A DNA stretch of 33,542 nucleotides from Methylacidiphilum sp. Its GTDB lineage: Bacteria; Verrucomicrobiota; Verrucomicrobiia; CAIQCK01. Under the pieces are notes generated by a model. That model was not told where the DNA came from, did not search any database, and saw nothing but the letters and a program-made list of their open reading frames with translations. The position numbers and the translations under genes were made by a program. Below, in pieces: positions 27,461 through 33,542 of this stretch (within the stretch, counting starts at the first letter, position 1; each line of letters begins with the position of its first letter). The stretch spans positions 1 to 33,542 of the forward strand of contig DYDC01000003.1 in NCBI GenBank assembly GCA_020718125.1, written 5' to 3'.

Positions 27461-28447
27461 TCACGGGGCCAAGCCGGATAGTTTCTCCGGCTTGAGCGCC
27501 GCTCCCAACGCACGCCAGTGTTTCTCCTCGCCGGCCCGCCGCGCGCGCGGCACGAGCAGATCTACTGCAATGAGGCTGCCCACAAGGCTGAGTGTGTGGA
27601 TACCGTGGATGGGCGTGCCCGGCGCAGGCTCAATCCGCGCGACATGGCTCTCCCGATACTCGCTCCCGTTCAGCGTTTCAACGCGATTGATGTTCAAGCC
27701 GCCGCCATACCGCCGCGAGCAATCCTGCGAGGGCCGAACAACGTGGCTGCCGTGCCGGTAAATCCCGCCCCCTGGCCGCGCGCGGCGCACGTCCGACATC
27801 ACCGGGTTGAGCGGATGGGGCCGCCAGCAGTCGCTCAACGGCTCGTCGGCGCTGAAGAGACACAACTCCTCGTGGCGCGAAGCGTCCTCCTTGCCGCCGA
27901 GGTTCGCGAACAGCCACCACGTCGCGCCGTCGCGAAACAGCGTTGCGTCCACCGCCGTGACGCCGCTCATCATCGTCTTGTGAAACTCCCATCGCAGCGG
28001 AAACTCAACGCACTTGTAAACCTCGATGGCCCGATTCTGCGCCGTCTCCGGGATCATGTAGTAGTCACCCTGCCACTCGAAGACGAACGGATAGGAGAGA
28101 TGATACGGCCGCTCCAGGACGCGCGCGGGCGGCTGACATGCCCCTCGCTCATCCATCACGACCAGCGCAATGCACCCGCATCGCCCGCCGGGGACAAGCT
28201 CCTCGAAGAACACGTAATACTTGTCTTCATGTTGGATCACACACGGGTCGGCCCAATCCCGGCCGTCAGGCGGAACGAGCGGGACCATCCTCGGCTCGGC
28301 CCGCCCCGCCTCCCACAGGAACGTCACCACGATCCATTGCTCGCGCCGCGTTAGTTCATGCAACCCCCGCCGTGCGCCGTGCAGCCAGCGTCGCGCCGTG
28401 TGATGGAGCGACCGGACAGTGGCGGTGGATGTTTTTCCTCGCTTCAC
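27461..28447 (-). CDS. GH43-like five-bladed propeller (glucosamine inositolphosphorylceramide transferase N-terminal-like domain)
   Basis: WADP, YVFFEE, HLSYPFVF, YMIPET, VDATL, HPLNP, RPSQDC..YG, HT. Its start overlaps the GT4 stop. Confidence 0.75.
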   Translation of the reverse strand: MKRGKTSTATVRSLHHTARRWLHGARRGLHELTRREQWIVVTFLWEAGRAEPRMVPLVPPDGRDWADPCVIQHEDKYYVFFEELVPGGRCGCIALVVMDERGACQPPARVLERPYHLSYPFVFEWQGDYYMIPETAQNRAIEVYKCVEFPLRWEFHKTMMSGVTAVDATLFRDGATWWLFANLGGKEDASRHEELCLFSADEPLSDCWRPHPLNPVMSDVRRARPGGGIYRHGSHVVRPSQDCSRRYGGGLNINRVETLNGSEYRESHVARIEPAPGTPIHGIHTLSLVGSLIAVDLLVPRARRAGEEKHWRALGAALKPEKLSGLAP

Positions 28448-29592
28448 GGTTTGGTCACTTGTGATTTCTCGACCAGTTCACGATACACCGCGTCGTAGGC
28501 GGCGATCATCTTTTCCGGTGTGAACTCGGTCGCGATGCGCCGCGCCGCCGCCACACCGAGTCGCGCGCCCCGTTCTGGATTGTGCAACGCGAAGTCCATC
28601 TTCTGCGCCAACTCCTCCGGTGCCGACGGCAGCACCAGCCAGCCATGCTCGCCATCCACGATCAAGTCCAGCACGCCATCCACGCCACTCGCGATCACCG
28701 GCAGGCCCGCCGCCATCGCCTCCATGACGGCGTGCGGCATTCCTTCCGACAACGTCGGGTGAACGAAGAGATCCATCCCGGCCAGCAGGTCCGACACATC
28801 ATTGCGGTCGCCTAAGAAGATCACCCGCTCCGAAAGCTGCAACTGCGCCACCTGCTTCTCCAATCGCCGCCTCAACGGTCCGTCGCCAATCAGCGCCAGC
28901 ACTGTATCAGGATGTGCGGTTGCGATTCGCGCATAGGCCGCCAGCAGGTCGCAATGCGCCTTCTTCGGCGAGAGCCGGCCGACCATGCCGATGACCTTCG
29001 TCGTGTCGGGAATGTCCAGTTGCAGCCGCCAGGCCCGCGCGGCTGTTTTCCGGTCGCGTTTGTCCACGGGAATGCTGTTGGCAATGTAGATGGCCCGCTC
29101 CGGCAGCACCCCCTCATGCTCGACGGCAAACGGGATCACCTGACGGCCCACAGCAATGACCTTGTCGGCCAGCCATGCCGAGAGCCGGATCAGTGGAAAC
29201 TGCCAGCGCGGCAGGTGCGCATTGCGGGATTGGAGGGAAGAGACAATGACCTTCGCGCCCGCCAGCCGCGCCAGCGGCCGGCCGAGCATGTCGCTGAACG
29301 GCAGAATCGTCTGCACGATGTCGGGCTGCCAACTCTTGATCGCCCGGAGAAGTTTGATGAAGCCAACCAACGCAAACAACGCCGGCCGGCCGATGATAGT
29401 CACGGACACGTCGGCGCGCTCCAAATCCGCGACCACCTCCGCGTGGACAGCTTCGTTGAGGCAGCACACCCGTTGCTCATAACCTCGACGCGCCAGCCCC
29501 TCGACCAGAATCGTCAGCCACCGCTGCATGCCGCCGCGGCCGAGGTCGTCCACGACGTGGAGCAAGCGAATCGGTTTGGCGGCCTGGAGCAT
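28444..29592 (-). CDS. Glycosyltransferase family 4 (GT-B)
   Basis: LLHVVDDLGRGG, VGRLSPKK, IGDGP, EGMPHAVMEAMAAGLPVIA. Start placed at ATG 29592. Confidence 0.92.
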   Translation of the reverse strand: MLQAAKPIRLLHVVDDLGRGGMQRWLTILVEGLARRGYEQRVCCLNEAVHAEVVADLERADVSVTIIGRPALFALVGFIKLLRAIKSWQPDIVQTILPFSDMLGRPLARLAGAKVIVSSLQSRNAHLPRWQFPLIRLSAWLADKVIAVGRQVIPFAVEHEGVLPERAIYIANSIPVDKRDRKTAARAWRLQLDIPDTTKVIGMVGRLSPKKAHCDLLAAYARIATAHPDTVLALIGDGPLRRRLEKQVAQLQLSERVIFLGDRNDVSDLLAGMDLFVHPTLSEGMPHAVMEAMAAGLPVIASGVDGVLDLIVDGEHGWLVLPSAPEELAQKMDFALHNPERGARLGVAAARRIATEFTPEKMIAAYDAVYRELVEKSQVTKP

Positions 29593-29615
29593 CTGTGGCA
29601 AGCACTCGGCCGCCG

Positions 29616-30557
29616 CTACGCCGCGGGGCGGAAGTGTTTCTTGATCCAGAACAGGTAGCCGAGCATCAGCAGGAACGACGTGATCGTCCAGACCGACATC
29701 GTCTGACTGGAGATGAAGCCCATCTGCTTGATCTGTTGCTCCGGGTAACCCATTTGGCGATACAGATCCATGATGTCCACGCGCAGGAACGTGACCGCCG
29801 TCGAGAGACCAAACAGGACAAGCACCACGACGCAAGTCAGCCAGGCCGACGCCTTCAAGCGGTAAAGGCCCAGCGCCAGCCAGATCCAAACCACACCCAT
29901 CGCCACGAAGAAGATGGATGCAGCCGGCCCGGAGACCAGCAGGCCAAAGAATGGCATTACACTCTTGAAGCTCAGCGGCATGGCGAACAGCGACAGCGAG
30001 CCAACGGCAAGCCACAGCGATGCCGCGAGCACGGGCAGCGGGCACGCATCGGTCCAGCGCGCGACCGGATCGCGCGCCTCGCACGTCGCCCGCACGTGCC
30101 TGCTGCCGTAGAACAGCGCCAACGTGGCGGGAACAAACAGAAAGACAATGACCAGGATGACGCCGGCGATGGCCATCCCGATCCAGATCGTCGGCGCGTC
30201 AGGCTGGCTGGCCATCATCCGCGGCATGATGAACGCGCACGCCACCATCGAGATGATGCCGACCACCAACCAACTCCACGCAAAGACCAGCATCAACGCC
30301 CGCGCCCAGCGGCGGCACCGGATGGAACCGATGCCGAGCCAGACGAACGCCACGGCGATGGCGGCATAGAACACCGCCCCCGGGATGATCATCTGGTAAT
30401 TCGCCGGCGTGCCGCTCATCTGCGCCTGCATTGTCTGGCCGAAGAACATGGCGGGCGCCAGCAGCGCGCACAGGCAGCCGAGCAGGACCTCCAGCACCCC
30501 AAAGAGGATCAAACCGGCGCGACGGTCTTTGAATGATGTCATTGCGGACTGGCTCAT
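29616..30557 (-). CDS. Hypothetical polytopic membrane protein (~8 TM)
   Basis: Repeated hydrophobic segments in two halves joined by CEARDP..WTDACP. AAAGGAG RBS upstream. Confidence 0.85.
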   Translation of the reverse strand: MSQSAMTSFKDRRAGLILFGVLEVLLGCLCALLAPAMFFGQTMQAQMSGTPANYQMIIPGAVFYAAIAVAFVWLGIGSIRCRRWARALMLVFAWSWLVVGIISMVACAFIMPRMMASQPDAPTIWIGMAIAGVILVIVFLFVPATLALFYGSRHVRATCEARDPVARWTDACPLPVLAASLWLAVGSLSLFAMPLSFKSVMPFFGLLVSGPAASIFFVAMGVVWIWLALGLYRLKASAWLTCVVVLVLFGLSTAVTFLRVDIMDLYRQMGYPEQQIKQMGFISSQTMSVWTITSFLLMLGYLFWIKKHFRPAA

Positions 30558-30658
30558 GATGGACTCCTTTCCAAAGCAGCGACGCGAAGACTAGGCAACA
30601 TGGCCGGTCGAGGCAACGCAAATCACGGCGGAAAACCAGACTCATCCAAACCACAGCT

Positions 30659-31990
30659 AAGGTCAGCCGCATCCCGCAGAAGAAAACGCTCACCATCAAG
30701 CCGATCCGCAACCGCCAGACGCCCGCGCTGGAATACCGCGAGCCGTTCACGTTCGACAGCTACGACGCCGACTGGGCCGTCCGTAACAAGTCCAACGGTC
30801 ACGCCACACGGCTCGATGAGAAGCGCGGCGGCAAGATCATCTGCAAGGGCTTTGTCCACACGTTCTATCCGCTGGTGCCGCCGGAGAAGTATTTCGCGGC
30901 GCACCCGGAGTATTTCTCCGAGATCACAGGCAAGCGGACGCACGACCACGCGCAGCTCCGCCTGACCTATCCCGACGTGGTGGACATCGTCACGCAGCGC
31001 GTGCTGGAGCAACTCAAGGGCGCACCGCCGCGGACCATCGTCTCCGCGTCGCAGAACGACTGGCACGGCCAGTGCCCGTGCGCAAAATGCAAGGCCATCG
31101 AGGACGAGGAGGGCAGCCCGTCGGCGCCGCTGCTGCGGTTCGTCAACCATGTCGCCGATCGCGTCGAGCGCGCGCGGCCGGACGCGGCGATTGACACGAC
31201 GGCCCGCCAATACACGCGCAAGCCGCCGCGCCTCGTGAAGCCGCGGCCGAACGTCATCGTGCGGCTGTGCAGCATCGAGTGTTCGTTCTCGCATCCGCTC
31301 GGCGGCGCTGGGCAGAACCGCAAGTTCTGTCGAGGACATCGAGGGCTGGTCGAAGATATGCCAGCGGCTTTACACCTGGGACTACGTCACCGACTTCGCG
31401 CATTACGTCCAGCCGCACCCAAACCCGCGGGTGCTCCAGCCCAACATCCAGTGTTTCATCGCCAACGGCGTGAAGGGCATCTTCGAGCAGGGCAGTTACC
31501 AGTCGCCCGGCGGCGAACTGCGGGAACTGCGCTCGTGGCCGCTCGCGAAACCGCTCTGGAACCCGCGCGCCAACGTCAACGCGTTGATGAACGCCTTTCT
31601 CGCCGGCTACCACGGCCCGGCCGCGCCGTTCATCCGCCGCTACATGGACCTAATGCACGACGAGGTCACGAGGACGAAGCACGAGCTGAAATACTACCCG
31701 CCGACGACCGCGCCGTTCCTGTCGCAACCGGTCATCGCGAAGGCCGACGCGCTGTTTGCCTCGGCGGAGAAGACTGTCGCGAAAGACGCCGCGCTGCTGC
31801 ATCGCGTGAAGGCGGCCCGGCTGCCGGTCCATTACGTGATGATGCAGCGCGAGAAGGCGTGGAAGCGCAGCGGCGCAAAGTGGCAGCCGTCGCTGTCGGG
31901 CCACGCGCTGCGCGAACGGTTCTTCGAGATCGCCGCAGCGGAGAAGATGACGACAATCAACGAAGGCCGCTCAATGGACGACTTCCGCAC
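30659..31990 (+). pseudogene. DUF4838-family (glycoside hydrolase-like) protein, 5'-truncated and frameshifted
   Basis: VSRIP..PALEYRE, VHTF..VPPEKYFAAHPEYF, SQNDW..CPC..C, VRLCSIECSFSHP, WDY, GIFEQG. No start codon or N-terminal domain; an extra T at ~31328 shifts the frame. Confidence 0.8.
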
Positions 31991-32024
31991 CGCCACGCGG
32001 CTCCCTGACCGGCGCGCGCCGTTG

Positions 32025-33373
32025 CCGCCGTCGCGCAAGCTCCGCATCGGCTGTGTCGGCATTGGCGGCCAGGGCGACGGCGTGACCGCCGAACTCGCCA
32101 CGTTCGAGAATGTCGAGATCGCCGCGCTCTGCGACGTGGACGACAAATACGCCGCGCGCAACATCAAGAAGTATCCCGGCCGGCCGCTCTACAAGGATTA
32201 CCGCGTGATGCTCGATAAGGAGAAGGGCCTCGATGCGGTGATGGTTGGCACGCCGGACCATTGGCACGCGCCGATCTCGATCGCGGCGATGCAGCTCGGC
32301 AAGCACGTCTATTGTGAGAAGCCGCTGGCGCACTCTGTCGAGGAGGCGCGGTTGATGGCGCGCGTGGCGCGCGAGACGGGCGTGGTGACGCAGATGGGCA
32401 ACCAAGGCCACGCCGGCGAGGGCCTCCGGCTGACGAAGGAGTGGATTGACGCGGGCGCAATCGGCAGGATCAGCGAGGTCCACGTCTGGTCGGACCGGCC
32501 GGGCAAGTTCTGGCAGACGCAGGGCCGCCTCCGGCCGACCGACACGCCGCCGGTGCCGGCGGGCCTCGACTGGAACCTCTGGCTCGGCCCGGCGAAGGAG
32601 CGCCCGTATCATCCCGATTACTGTCCCCGCCAGTGGCGCGGGTGGATTGACTTCGGCTGCGGCGCGCTCGGCGACATAGGTGCAGGGATGGCTGGCTGGT
32701 TACGCGGCCAGGGTGGATTGACTTCGGCTGCGGCGCGCTCGGCGACATGGCGGTGCACAATGCCGACCCGGCGTTCTACGCGCTCGACCTCGGCGCGCCG
32801 GACTGGGCCGAGGCGGAGTCCTCGCCGACGAATCCCGATTCATTCCCGCTCTGGAGCATCATCACCTGCCATTTCCCCGCCAAGGGCAACCGCGGCCCGG
32901 TGAAGATGGTGTGGCATGACGGCGGCAAGCAGCCGCCACGCCCGCCGGGACTTGAAGCCGATGCCAACCTCGAAAGCAATGGCATCTACTTTGTCGGCGA
33001 CAAGGGCGCCCTCATGGCCGGCGGTTGGTCGGGCACGCCTCGCATCGTTCCGGAGACGAAGATGCAAGCGTTCAAGCGCCCGGAGAAGACCATCCCCCGC
33101 AGCGTCGGCCATCGCCGCGAATGGGTCGAAGCCTGCCTCGCGGGAAAGCCGCGGGACGCGAAGTCCGGCTTCTGGTATTCCGCGCCGTTCACCGAGGCAT
33201 TGCTGGTCGGCCTGCTGCCGGTGCTGACCGGCAAACGCATCCAGCGGGACGCCGCCGCGATGAAAGCAGTCAACGCGCCCGAAGCCGAGCCGTTCATCCG
33301 CAAAGCCTACCGCCGCGGCTTCGAACTGCCCGCCGTGGCGACTCGGCGGCGCATCCGCTGGTTCGGAAGCTGA
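32025..33373 (+). pseudogene. Gfo/Idh/MocA oxidoreductase disrupted by a 71-bp insertion
   Basis: PPSRKLRIGCVGIGGQG, TPDHWH, HVYCEKPL, TQMGNQ, WNLWLGP, WRGWIDFGCGALGD|MAVH. Removing 71 bp rejoins ORFs 31431-32903 and 32747-33373 in frame. The gene has no start of its own. Confidence 0.88.
32640..32748. repeat. Exact 38-bp direct repeat flanking a 33-bp unique insert
   Basis: GGGTGGATTGACTTCGGCTGCGGCGCGCTCGGCGACAT at 32640-32677 and 32711-32748. Insert AGGTGCAGGGATGGCTGGCTGGTTACGCGGCCA at 32678-32710. Confidence 0.97.
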
Positions 33374-33492
33374 GGGGCGCACGAACGACCGATATCTTCG
33401 GCGACAACGACGCGCACAAGAGATCAGCGATTCGATTTGGATCACAAAGAATAGGGAACCTCCGGTAACTATTCGCCAGATGAAATTCGTTG

Positions 33493-33542
33493 ATAGGGGT
33501 AGGGATGAAGGATTGAACTTCACCCCTCCCTCCGAACCGGAC
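33493..33542 (-). mobile_element. Group II intron 3' end (distal domain V and domain VI), continues beyond window
   Basis: Minus strand reads GTCCGGTTCGGAGGGAGGGG-TGAAG..CTTCA-TCCCTACCCCTAT: 3' half of domain V, a domain VI stem with candidate bulged A, and terminal AY. Confidence 0.8.

Noticed and set aside
28444-30084. 546-aa version of the GT4, and similarly extended starts for ftsA (8735), ftsQ (9463), murG (13853), lysM (16081), murE (21353), ftsL (23648), mraZ (25545)
   Set aside because: The extensions overlap upstream genes or the promoter and lack family similarity; downstream starts fit RBS or stop-start overlaps.
1-33542. A canonical multi-unit CRISPR array, tRNA or rRNA
   Set aside because: None seen by eye. 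The only repeat-spacer-repeat unit is the single one at 32640-32748.

Overview
GC-rich bacterial window, most likely Verrucomicrobiota/PVC. This is inferred from a retained ftsZ with a GRFDKIEPT...LDLPTFLRR tail, a LysM gene between murD and ftsW, and fused murC-murB. From left to right: (1) the 5' part of a type I-C CRISPR-Cas operon on the minus strand (cas3, cas5c, first codons of cas8c); (2) a REP-like palindromic element; (3) a VapBC-type toxin-antitoxin pair whose toxin is frameshifted; (4) a lactonase and a radical SAM remnant; (5) a complete ~20 kb minus-strand dcw cluster (mraZ, unknown ORF, rsmH, ftsL, ftsI, murE, murF, mraY, murD, lysM, ftsW, a single MurG-MurC-MurB fusion, ddl, ftsQ, ftsA, ftsZ) with a sigma70 promoter overlapped by MraZ boxes; (6) a small glycosyltransferase cluster; (7) a decaying DUF4838 / Gfo-Idh-MocA locus; (8) the 3' end of a group II intron at the right edge. 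The most striking signal is an exact 38-bp duplication flanking 33 bp of foreign DNA inside the oxidoreductase gene (32640-32748). It has the geometry of an ectopic Cas1-Cas2 spacer integration and sits next to a sequence resembling a type I-C repeat. The second is the triple MurG-MurC-MurB fusion. All family calls come from motif recognition by eye; no database searches were run.
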